In this document: one piece after another, positions 1-8,550 of the stretch | Numbering within the stretch: the stretch's first letter is position 1 | Layout of the letters: each line of letters begins with the position of its first letter | Source: an uncultured Nitrososphaerota archaeon | GTDB lineage: Archaea; Thermoproteota; Nitrososphaeria; Conexivisphaerales; DTJL01 | DNA length: 64,000 nt | Assembly: GCA_963842885.1 (NCBI GenBank) | Contig: CAWJIE010000004.1 | Coordinates: 160,001 to 224,000, forward strand | Reading direction: 5' to 3' | The notes under the pieces: generated by a model | Told to the model about the DNA's origin: nothing | The model's input: the letters and a program-made list of their open reading frames with translations, nothing else | The model's database searches: none | Position numbers and translations under genes: made by a program

Positions 1-732
1 GGCCGAGATATGGAAGCCTCCTAGGCCCTTGACGGCCACGATTTTTCCCTCGACGATGAGCCTCCCCACCTCGTTGATGGGGTCGGCCGCTGAGATCCTG
101 TGGCCTCCCGCGTCCTCCAGCCACACCCTCGGTCCGCACATGGGGCAGCTGATCCCCTGGACGTGAAACCTCCTGACGTCCTGCGGGTCGTCGTACTCAC
201 GCCTGCAGGACCTGCAGAGCTTGAAGGGGTCCATCGAAGTGTTCGTCCTGTCGTAGGGGGTGGCCTTTATCACCGAGTACCGGGGGCCACATACGGCGCA
301 GGAGTTGAAGGGGTAGAGGTGGAATCTGCTTTCCGGATCAAGGACCTCGTGGAGGCAGTCCTTGCAGACGGCCAAGTCGGCGGGGATCATCGAGGGGCTG
401 TTGGCGTTGGCGTCGCTCTCCATTATGGTGAAGTTGCAGTAGCCCTTGGGCTCAATAGGTCGTGTCCTGATGGACTCGACATAGGCTGCGCTGGGCTTCT
501 CCGGCTTGATCGAGCTGCGGAAGGCTTCCACGGAGGCGGAAGGGCCTTCCACGACGGCAATCACCGCACTTCCGCCCACATTCTTGACATAGCCTGAGAG
601 GCCATACTGAGTGGCGAGCCTGTAGATGAAAGGCCGAAAACCTACACCCTGGACGATTCCCGTTATGGTGAGCTCCACGGCTTCTTTCAACAGGCCCCAG
701 CCCCGAGTATGCGGGTCAGGAGCATCCTCCAT
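1..732 (-). CDS. hypF: [NiFe]-hydrogenase maturation carbamoyltransferase HypF, N-terminal part (runs off the left edge; start ATG 732 or TTG 690)
   Basis: Manual translation (not in ORF track): acylphosphatase-like 'ITGIVQGVGFRPFIYRLA' and zinc fingers 'DLAVCKDCLHEVLDPESRFHLYPFNSCAVCGPRY...CRSCRREYDDP...RRFHVQGISCPMCGP'. Confidence 0.93.
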   Translation of the reverse strand, partial: MEDAPDPHTRGWGLLKEAVELTITGIVQGVGFRPFIYRLATQYGLSGYVKNVGGSAVIAVVEGPSASVEAFRSSIKPEKPSAAYVESIRTRPIEPKGYCNFTIMESDANANSPSMIPADLAVCKDCLHEVLDPESRFHLYPFNSCAVCGPRYSVIKATPYDRTNTSMDPFKLCRSCRREYDDPQDVRRFHVQGISCPMCGPRVWLEDAGGHRISAADPINEVGRLIVEGKIVAVKGLGGFHISA

Positions 733-842
733 CGATTTATACGTTCAGTGCGAGACGTGAAAGGGAATCGCCAATCATGAAGAAGCCTCATATACGGTCC
801 TGCACGAAGGAGTGAGGTTCGAAGGGAGGCCAGTGAGTAGGC

Positions 843-1289
843 TTGCATGAAATGAGCCTGGCGCACAGCGTCGTCGCATCGGTCCTGTCAGAGGCCGACA
901 AGCATGAGGCGAAGAAGGTCCTGAAGATTCAGCTTGCAATAGGGGAGCTGATGCAGCTCGACAAAGCCATTATGGTCGAGTCCTTCCGGTCGTTGCTGGA
1001 GGGGCCCGTCTTGGGCGGCGCCGAGCTCGAAGTTACAGACGACAAGGCCGTCTTCACCTGTCAGAAGTGCTCCGCGAAGTGGGGCATGGACGAAACGAAG
1101 GAGCAGCTGAAGTCCGTCGCTGCGGAACTCATGATCAGCGAGCCCGACAGCAAGGAGCTCCCCCTTCATTTCCTCCCTGAGCTGTATCCCGCCTTTGTCC
1201 ACTGTCCGCAGTGTGGCAGCTCAGACATCTTCCTGAGCGACGGCGGCGTCATCAAGATAACCAGGCTCGTCCTGGAGAAGAGTGAATAG
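843..1289 (+). CDS. hypA: Hydrogenase nickel metallochaperone HypA
   Basis: N-terminal MHE motif and two CxxC (CQKC, CPQC). Confidence 0.93.
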   Translation: MHEMSLAHSVVASVLSEADKHEAKKVLKIQLAIGELMQLDKAIMVESFRSLLEGPVLGGAELEVTDDKAVFTCQKCSAKWGMDETKEQLKSVAAELMISEPDSKELPLHFLPELYPAFVHCPQCGSSDIFLSDGGVIKITRLVLEKSE

Positions 1290-1291
1290 TC

Positions 1292-2069
1292 ATGCCGTTG
1301 ATGTTCCAGCAGGACCAGGCGCTCGACAGGCTCAGGCGGGTCAAGCACGTCATCCTTGTCGGCAGCGGCAAGGGTGGAGTCGGCAAGAGCTTCGTCGCGA
1401 GCGCCCTTGCCGTAACCCTATCCAGAGGAAGGCAATTCCACGGCCCTCCTGGACATTGACGTGCATGGCCCGAGCCTCCCAGGCTACCTTGACGTGAAGC
1501 CCCCCATCAGGAGCACGAAGGATGGGCTCGAACCCAAGGTCGTGGGGAAGCTGAAGACGATGTCCGTGGGGTTCTTCACAGGGGACAGGCCGGCTCCGCT
1601 GAAGGGAGGGGAGAAGCAGGCCCTCGTGACTCAGCTTCTGGCCCAGACCAACTGGGGGAAGCTGGACTTCCTGGTGGTCGACCTCCCGCCGGGCACGGGT
1701 GACGAGCTGCTCGCCGCCTTCAGGCTGTTCGCTGGCAACTGCCGGCTGATCCTCGTTACCACTCCGTCCGAGCGTGCTCTTTCGGTCGTGGCCAAGCTGG
1801 CCAGACTTGCGAAGCAGGAGAAGGTGGAAGTGGCCGGTTTCGTCCTGAACATGAGCTACCTTTCGGCGGGAGGAAGAAAGCTCTACCTTCTGGGGAAGGC
1901 CAAGCCCAAGTCCATGGAGGAGGACCTTGGAGCTAAGATGCTGGCCGAGATCCCGCTCGAGCCGAAGCTGAATGAAGATGACCTACTTTCAGTGCTCAAG
2001 GAGAACAAGGCCCTCGCCGTGGCCTTCAGCTCGCTCGCCCGGAGCATCGGCGGTAAGCGTCATTCCTGA
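1292..2069 (+). CDS. Mrp/MinD-family P-loop ATPase, probable ATPase-type HypB; one frameshift near 1425
   Basis: ATG 1292 frame gives 'VGSGKGGVGKSFVAS' (deviant Walker A), which joins the ORF 1461..2069 frame 'LLDIDVHGP...DFLVVDLPPGTGD'; directly downstream of hypA. Confidence 0.85.
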
Positions 2070-2485
2070 CGCTGCTTCTTCTTTCTTGAGAACGTGAACT
2101 TCGCCGTCAGTACCTTCTCCGAGCTGAAGAGCTTGGAGCCGATGTACAGTATCAAGACGGTCCAGAGGACCAGGTAGCCGAGCCCCAGCATCCCGATGGC
2201 GTAGTCACCTGTGAAGGCCATCTTGGAGAAGATGGTGGCGTAGGAGAACGGGAACAGGAGGAGGCCCACCTGTATGGGGGTGGAGAAGCTCTGCAGGTCG
2301 CTGAAGAGCAGCATGAAGGTCGGTATCATGATGGGGATGATGAGATAGCCGACGACGGCCTGCGCGCTTCTGACGTCCTCGCAGAAGACGCCGATGACTA
2401 TGGCGAGTGACGTGGCGAAGGCTAAGGTAAGGAATACGAGGGCCAGAATCAAAGGTAAGGTCACCCCTTCAGGAGGTGGCAGCAA
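2060..2485 (-). pseudogene. C-terminal part of an ABC-2/NatB-type permease, likely truncated
   Basis: Hydrophobic helices with 'EDVRSAQAVVGYLIIP' and 'KLFSSEKVL' typical of the ABC-2 permease C-terminus; only 141 aa and no ATPase partner. Confidence 0.55.
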
Positions 2486-2490
2486 CTTTC

Positions 2491-2504
2491 AAAGCCTTAA
2501 ATAA
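2491..2504 (+). promoter_or_regulatory. Probable BRE/TATA box of tRNA-Lys(CUU)
   Basis: AAAGCCTTAAATAA about 26 nt upstream of the tRNA start. Confidence 0.5.
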
Positions 2505-2529
2505 TCCACACAAAAAACGCTATCGATGT

Positions 2530-2643
2530 GGGCCTGTAGCTCAGCCAGGTAGAGATTGACCTCGCCTAGAGCGGCTGGCTCTTACGGCACCGATCGGTGC
2601 TGGGGAAACCAGTAGGTCGGGGGTCCGAATCCCTCCAGGCCCG
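2530..2643 (+). tRNA. tRNA-Lys(CUU) with two introns: 22/23 (2553-2569, 17 nt) and 37/38 (2585-2607, 23 nt)
   Basis: Removing both inserts gives the cloverleaf GGGCCTGTAGCTCAGCCAGGTAG|AGCGGCTGGCT-CTT-A|ACCAGTAGGTCGGGGGTCCGAATCCCTCCAGGCCCG; BHB central helices AGGT/GCCT and CTCT/GGGG with 3-nt bulges. Confidence 0.92.
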
Positions 2644-2913
2644 CCTAAACCCTTTACACAGCAGAGGCTTCACTGTCGGGCGGCGGATTCTCTAGTATCG
2701 AGAAGCCAAGTCGATGCGGGAGAGGCTGGGAATACCGGCGTTGGGATGGTCCCCATTCTTCGAACCATTGTAAAATACTCAATATCCCACTATAATATGC
2801 ATTAAATATGTACTATACTTTTCTTGTAGGGTTTATGCATACCAATAATAGCTGACTGACATCGGTCCTGCATGAACAATCTTCATAGGCTGGGGAGACA
2901 GTGAAAATCCTGA

Positions 2914-4044
2914 GTGAAGTTGCAGTACATCGTCGACCGGGAGTCCCTCTCAAGTCTCATCTCCAATCTGCGCTCCCTTGGGTACACGGTGGTGGGCCCG
3001 AAGCTCGTCGACGATGCCGTATGCCTGACCGAGATAACGAAGTTCGAAGACTTAGCCGGGGGGGTCGTGGACGTTCAGTCCCCTGGCAGATACAGGATCG
3101 AAGGTCTTTCTCCCTTCATCTTCTCCGCGGTTAACGGACCGCATTCCGCCAAGAGATTCCTCCATCCGAGCAGGGTGCCGATGGTCAGGCTTAAGGAAGA
3201 CCGGGGGGGCCTGAAGACCGAATCGGTCTTCCAGGCTGACAGGAAGTTCGCGTTCTTGGGGCTCCGGCCCTGCGATTTGAAGGCCGTCGAGGTGTTGGAC
3301 CGCGCACTCATCATGGCGCAGTACAAGGACCCTGTCTACACCCCTTTGAGGAAGGAGTCGATCTTTATCGTCGTCAACTGTGGCCGGGCCGGAGAGAACT
3401 GCTTCTGCGCTTCGATGGGAACTGGCCCGAAGGCTGAGAGCGGCTACGACCTAGCGATAACCGAACTTCCGGACAAGCTCCTGGTGGATGTCACCGACGG
3501 GCGAATGGGCTTGATGGAGGGCATCGAAATGAAGCTTGCGCGGCCGAATGAGCTGCGCCAGGAGTGGGACCTCATGCAGAAGGTGTGCGGCGACATGCGG
3601 AAGAAGATCGACAGAGAGAACCCCTCGGATTTCATGTACGAAGGGCTGGAGAGTCCCGTGTGGGACGAGGTAGCCCAGAGATGTCTGGGCTGCGGGAATT
3701 GCACTATGGTCTGCCCCACCTGCTTCTGCAACACGCTGCAGGACATCACTGATCTGAAGGACGGCAGCGTGACTAGGGTCAGGCTCTGGGACTCGTGCCT
3801 GTCTCGGAACTTCACCTACAGCGTCGGCGGAAACCCCCGGCTGGACAGGAAGGCCCGGTACAGGCAGTTCGTCATGCACAAGTTCGCCTACTGGCCAGAC
3901 CAATTCAGGCTGTACGGCTGCGTCGGCTGCGGGAGGTGCATCACTTGGTGCCCCGTAGGCATAGACATCTCGGATACGGTGAACAGGGTGCTGAAGACCG
4001 AGGGCGACAGAAGGCCGCTTCCGGAGGTTGTCAAGGTTGCCTGA
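2914..4044 (+). CDS. hydB: Group 3b [NiFe] (sulf)hydrogenase beta subunit (4Fe-4S dicluster)
   Basis: 'GLRPCD', 'CLGCGNCTMVCPTCFC', 'GCVGCGRCITWCPVGID'. Confidence 0.9.
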   Translation: MKLQYIVDRESLSSLISNLRSLGYTVVGPKLVDDAVCLTEITKFEDLAGGVVDVQSPGRYRIEGLSPFIFSAVNGPHSAKRFLHPSRVPMVRLKEDRGGLKTESVFQADRKFAFLGLRPCDLKAVEVLDRALIMAQYKDPVYTPLRKESIFIVVNCGRAGENCFCASMGTGPKAESGYDLAITELPDKLLVDVTDGRMGLMEGIEMKLARPNELRQEWDLMQKVCGDMRKKIDRENPSDFMYEGLESPVWDEVAQRCLGCGNCTMVCPTCFCNTLQDITDLKDGSVTRVRLWDSCLSRNFTYSVGGNPRLDRKARYRQFVMHKFAYWPDQFRLYGCVGCGRCITWCPVGIDISDTVNRVLKTEGDRRPLPEVVKVA

Positions 4045-4867
4045 GACCCTGGCACTCACTTACACGCGAGCCGTGGTCCAAGACATCATGCCGGAGACGC
4101 CTGACACCATGACGTTCTCGTTTGAGCTCGAAGACGGGCGGGGAACGACCGACTTCCAACCTGGCCAGTTCAACATGCTTTACGTCTACGGCGTCGGCGA
4201 GGTGCCCATCTCCATCGCGTCGTCCCGAAGCGAGAGGTCGGTCAAGCATACGATTCGCTCTGTGGGCACGGTGACCACGCTCATTTCCAGGCTGAAGGTG
4301 GGGGAAGTCGTCGGACTGCGTGGCCCGTTCGGTACTCCCTGGCCCCTGGAGGGCGCATACGGCAAGGAACTGATGATAGTCGCTGGAGGCTTGGGGCTCG
4401 CTCCGCTACGTCCGGTGATACTGGAGGCGCTCGCTTCCGCTCACCGGTTCAAGGGTGTGAAGGTGTTGTACGGTGCCCGGACTCCCAAGGACCTCCTCTA
4501 CAAGTACGAGCACGCAGGCTGGAGCAACAGAGAGGGGGCCGAACTCCTCGTCACCGTTGACAGAGCCGAGGAGGGATGGTCAAAGAACGTGGGAGTGGTG
4601 ACCACGCTCTTCAGGCAGGTGGATGTCCTTGCTGAGGACGCAGTCGCCTTCGTCTGCGGACCCGAAGTGATGATGAAGTTCACCGTCCAGGAGCTTCTCA
4701 GACGCAGAGTGCCGCAGGACAACATAGTCGTCTCTCTTGAGCGGCACATGAGCTGCGGGGTCGGAACCTGTGGCCACTGCCAGATGGGGCCGGTCTTCAT
4801 ATGCAAGGACGGGCCCGTCTTCGCGTATCCCAAGGTAAAGCAGTTCTTCGCCAAGGAGGGGGTCTGA
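4028..4867 (+). CDS. hydG: Group 3b hydrogenase gamma subunit (FAD/NAD(P)-binding, 2Fe-2S)
   Basis: 'FQPGQFNML', 'GGLGLAPLRP', 'CGPEVMM', 'MSCGVGTCGHC'. Confidence 0.9.
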   Translation: MSRLPETLALTYTRAVVQDIMPETPDTMTFSFELEDGRGTTDFQPGQFNMLYVYGVGEVPISIASSRSERSVKHTIRSVGTVTTLISRLKVGEVVGLRGPFGTPWPLEGAYGKELMIVAGGLGLAPLRPVILEALASAHRFKGVKVLYGARTPKDLLYKYEHAGWSNREGAELLVTVDRAEEGWSKNVGVVTTLFRQVDVLAEDAVAFVCGPEVMMKFTVQELLRRRVPQDNIVVSLERHMSCGVGTCGHCQMGPVFICKDGPVFAYPKVKQFFAKEGV

Positions 4868-4869
4868 AG

Positions 4870-5637
4870 GTGTCCAAGCCCAAACTGGGAGTGTTAAAGT
4901 TCTCGTCTTGCGACGGCTGCCAGCTCTCCATACTCGACGCGGAGGAGGAGCTTCTTGCGCTGCTGGACAGGGTGGAAATCAGAGACTTCCTCGAGGCCAC
5001 CAGCGCGTCGTCCGGCGCCCCCTACGACATCTCCCTGGTGGAGGGCTCCATCTCGACGCCGGAAGAGGTGGAGAAGATAGTGCGGGTGAGGGAGGACTCC
5101 AAGATGCTAGTTACTATCGGCGCCTGCGCCACGGCCGGAGGATTGCAGGCGTTGAGGAACTGGAGCAGGCTGGACCTCTTCAAGGAGGTCGTCTACCCGG
5201 AACCGAAGTTCGTCAGATCCCTTGAGAAGGCCCTGCCAATCAGCGACTATGTGGGAGTGGACTTCGAGTTGCGCGGCTGCCCAATAAGCAAGGAACAGCT
5301 ACTGCAGTTCTTTTCTGCCGTGCTTCGTGGTGCTAGGCCGAGGCTTCCCACGAACGCTGTCTGTTTCGAATGCAAGCGGAAGGGGAACGTCTGCGTCGTG
5401 GTGGCGGACGGAACGCCGTGCCTGGGACCTGCCACCATGGACGGATGTGGCGCTATCTGTCCGTCGTATGCCAGGGGCTGCTACGGCTGCTTTGGCCCCT
5501 CCGACGACGTCAATTTGAAATCCTACGCCTCCTGGCTTGAGAAGAGCGGCGTCGAGCGTTCGACAGTCAAGCTCCTGGTGAAGGGTATCAATTCCTATTC
5601 GAAGGAGTTCAGAGGGTGGCTGGAAGGCCTTGAGTAA
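4870..5637 (+). CDS. hydD: Group 3b hydrogenase delta (small) subunit; likely GTG start at 4870
   Basis: 'KFSSCDGCQ', 'IGACATAGG', 'GCP', 'CFECK', 'CLGP...GCGAICP...GCYGC'. Confidence 0.9.
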   Translation: MSKPKLGVLKFSSCDGCQLSILDAEEELLALLDRVEIRDFLEATSASSGAPYDISLVEGSISTPEEVEKIVRVREDSKMLVTIGACATAGGLQALRNWSRLDLFKEVVYPEPKFVRSLEKALPISDYVGVDFELRGCPISKEQLLQFFSAVLRGARPRLPTNAVCFECKRKGNVCVVVADGTPCLGPATMDGCGAICPSYARGCYGCFGPSDDVNLKSYASWLEKSGVERSTVKLLVKGINSYSKEFRGWLEGLE

Positions 5638-6922
5638 GCGGATAGTCGTCGACACGGGGCCTCTGGCCCGGGTCGAAGGTGAAGGCTCGCTCGTAATAGA
5701 GAGCGAAGCGGGGAAGGTACTGGACGTCCGCCTGAACATATTCGAACCTCCGCGTTACTACGAAGCTTTCCTCCAGGGGAGGAAGGTGGAGGAGGTGGTG
5801 GACATCGTGTCCAGGATCTGCGGTATCTGTCCCGTGGCCTACCAGATCAGCGCGCTCAACGCGCTGGAAGGGCTGTTCGGGGTGGAGATAGACGAGCAGG
5901 TCCAGAGGCTGCGCCGCTTAATCTACCTGGGCGAATGGATTGAAAGCCATTCTCTGCACGTCTTCATGCTCGCGGCTCCGGACTTCCTCCGAGTCCCCGA
6001 TGCCATGACCCTAGCCAAGAAGGAACCCGAGCTCGTCAAGAAGGCCCTCTCTCTGAAGCATCTTGGCAACGGCATCATGGCTGTGATAGGTGGAAGGGAG
6101 GTCCACCCAGTCTCCCTCAAGCTGGGGGGGATATACAAGGCTCCCACCAAGGAGGCCCTAGAAGATCTGACCGCCAAGCTGGACATACTCCTCGCATTCG
6201 CGGAGGAGGCCGTGCACTTCTCTGCGGCGCTCGAAGCCCCGACGTTGGAAAGGGACGTGACCTTCGTGGGTCTGAGGGAGCCGTCGAGATACGCCATAAC
6301 AGGCGGAGACATCGTGTCGAACAGAGGTCTGCATGTCCCTCCTTCGGCCTTCGAAGACAACTTCGTTGAGCACCAGGTGGAGTACTCGCATGCTTTGCGT
6401 TCCCTGACGAAGGACGGGGGCTCCTACATGGTGGGTCCACTGGCGCGGGTCAACCTGAACTTCGACCAGCTTCACCCAAGGGCGAGGGGACTGGCTGACG
6501 AGATAGGGTTCAAGCCGCCGGTGACCGACCCCTTCAAGAGCATTGTCGCCAGGGCTTTGGAGCTGGTCCACGCACTCGAGCAGGTCAAGGAGGAGGTCGG
6601 GCTGTATTCCGAGCCGGCCCACCCGCATCCGAGCTATGAATATCGCGAAGGGACGGGCCAAGGAGTGAGCGAAGCCCCTAGAGGAGTCCTCTACCACAGC
6701 TACCAAGTGAACCGAAAAGGGTACGTTGAAAAGGCGAAAATCGTTCCCCCTACGGCCCAGAATCAGGTGCGGATTGAGGACGACATCAGGGGGCTGGCCC
6801 CGAAGATCGTCGAAGCCTCCCCGGAAGAAGCAAGGAGGCTGAGCGAAATGGCGGTGCGCAACTACGACCCATGCATATCTTGCGCGACGCACTTCCTCAA
6901 GCTGAAGATCAGATGTCTGTAG
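5630..6922 (+). CDS. hydA: Group 3b [NiFe]-hydrogenase alpha (large) subunit
   Basis: 'RVEGEG', L1 'SRICGICP', L2 'DPCISCATH' plus a short cleavable C-terminal tail. Confidence 0.95.
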   Translation: MSKRIVVDTGPLARVEGEGSLVIESEAGKVLDVRLNIFEPPRYYEAFLQGRKVEEVVDIVSRICGICPVAYQISALNALEGLFGVEIDEQVQRLRRLIYLGEWIESHSLHVFMLAAPDFLRVPDAMTLAKKEPELVKKALSLKHLGNGIMAVIGGREVHPVSLKLGGIYKAPTKEALEDLTAKLDILLAFAEEAVHFSAALEAPTLERDVTFVGLREPSRYAITGGDIVSNRGLHVPPSAFEDNFVEHQVEYSHALRSLTKDGGSYMVGPLARVNLNFDQLHPRARGLADEIGFKPPVTDPFKSIVARALELVHALEQVKEEVGLYSEPAHPHPSYEYREGTGQGVSEAPRGVLYHSYQVNRKGYVEKAKIVPPTAQNQVRIEDDIRGLAPKIVEASPEEARRLSEMAVRNYDPCISCATHFLKLKIRCL

Positions 6923-7066
6923 GAAGAGGTCCATCCTTCGTCGGCCTTTTGAAAAGCGTCGAAGCTCTCTCCCGCCTACCGAAAGAGTGCTCGGCCTAGG
7001 CTTGGTCTTACGGCCCGCCGGCCTCGCGGAAGACGAGCCCTCTGCCCCGATCCACTGCGCAGTTGG

Positions 7067-8398
7067 CTAGTTGGGGAACGGTGGTATTACGCCGCTCTTC
7101 ATCAGGGCTTCGATCTGGTTCCTCGCATGAGAAATCATTGAGGTGGACGTGTGCATGAGCTCCTCCCTAGACAGCTTCTTCCTGGTAATCCCCTGCTCCA
7201 TGGCCTTCGAAGCGACGGCCGTCGCGACGCGCGGGTAGACCTCCCATTCGGTCATCTTCGGGACGATATGCTCTTCGCTGAGGCCCCCTTCTTCTGCGAA
7301 CTTGGCGAGCTCCATGGAAGCTGCGACCGCCATCTCATCGGTGATGGTCTTGGCCCTGATGTCCAAGACCCCCCTGAAGACTGACGGGAAGACCAACGAA
7401 TTATTCACCTGGTTAGGGAAGTCGCTGCGGCCGGTTGCTACAATCTTCGCACCCGCGTCCTTCGCCTCCCAGGGCCATATCTCCGGGACGGGATTGGCCA
7501 TGGCGAAGACAATCGAACCCTTCTCCATCTCCCTGATCCACTCCGGTTTCACGAGGTTCGGGCCTGGGGTCGCTGCGGCTATCAGGACGTTGGCTCCCTT
7601 CAAAGCCTCGGGGAGACCGCCCTTCCGCTTCTCGCCGTTCGTCTTGATAGCGATATCGTACTTCCAGGGGTTCTCGGAGGCCATCTTCTCGATGTCCTCT
7701 CGCTCCGGCTGGAGGATCCCCTTGCTGTCGACCAGGACTATCTTCTTCGCGTCGACGCCGGCCGAAATGGCGAGGCGTGCGTTGCTTAGGTTGGCGGCGC
7801 CGGCCCCGAAGAAGACCACATGGACGTCGGAGAGCTTCCTGCCCACGACCTTGACGGAGTTGATGAGCCCGGCGACGGTGGCTGCTGCAGTCCCCTGCTG
7901 GTCGTCATGCCATACAGGGATGTTCATCTCCTTCCTGCACCTCTCCAAGATGTAGAAACAGTCGGGCTGCCTGATGTCTTCAAGATTGACGCCGCCAAAC
8001 GCCGGCTCCAGCACCTTTGCGACCTCGACGAAACGCTCCTTGTCGAGGACGCTTATGGGCAGGGCGAAGGCGTCGACCCCTCCCAGATACTTGAAGATGA
8101 GCGCCTTCCCCTCCATGACCGGCGCCGAAGCCTCTGGACCTATGTCACCCAGCCCTAGGACCCTGGTACCATTAGTGAGGATCGCGATGGTGTTCCATCT
8201 GTTGGTGTATTCGAAGGAGAGGCCCTTATCCTTGAAAATCTCCCTGGACACTTGGGCCACGCCCGGCGTGTACCACACCCCAAAATCCTTGAGGGAGGTG
8301 ACCGGAACGCGAGGGGCCACCTCGACCTTCCCACCGTAGTACGCCGCATACTTCACGGCGAGTTCGTACGGCTTGTTAACATCTGGTTTCGCTGTCAA
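7067..8398 (-). CDS. NAD(P)-dependent malic enzyme
   Basis: 'YTPGVA', 'VLGLGDIG', 'MEGKA', 'NLEDI', 'HDDQQGT', 'GAGAA', 'ATGRSDFPNQVNN'. Confidence 0.93.
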   Translation of the reverse strand: MTAKPDVNKPYELAVKYAAYYGGKVEVAPRVPVTSLKDFGVWYTPGVAQVSREIFKDKGLSFEYTNRWNTIAILTNGTRVLGLGDIGPEASAPVMEGKALIFKYLGGVDAFALPISVLDKERFVEVAKVLEPAFGGVNLEDIRQPDCFYILERCRKEMNIPVWHDDQQGTAAATVAGLINSVKVVGRKLSDVHVVFFGAGAANLSNARLAISAGVDAKKIVLVDSKGILQPEREDIEKMASENPWKYDIAIKTNGEKRKGGLPEALKGANVLIAAATPGPNLVKPEWIREMEKGSIVFAMANPVPEIWPWEAKDAGAKIVATGRSDFPNQVNNSLVFPSVFRGVLDIRAKTITDEMAVAASMELAKFAEEGGLSEEHIVPKMTEWEVYPRVATAVASKAMEQGITRKKLSREELMHTSTSMISHARNQIEALMKSGVIPPFPN

Positions 8399-8550
8399 TT
8401 CCAGGATCGACTTGAATTGGCTGATGCTGAGATTTAAGGTTGTCCTGTGCCCATTTCACGAATACTGTCAACATGTGAGACGTTGATGTGTGAAAAGCTT
8501 ACAGGAATAACCATAAACACTTAATAGAAACGCGCGACGATTGAATCTAA

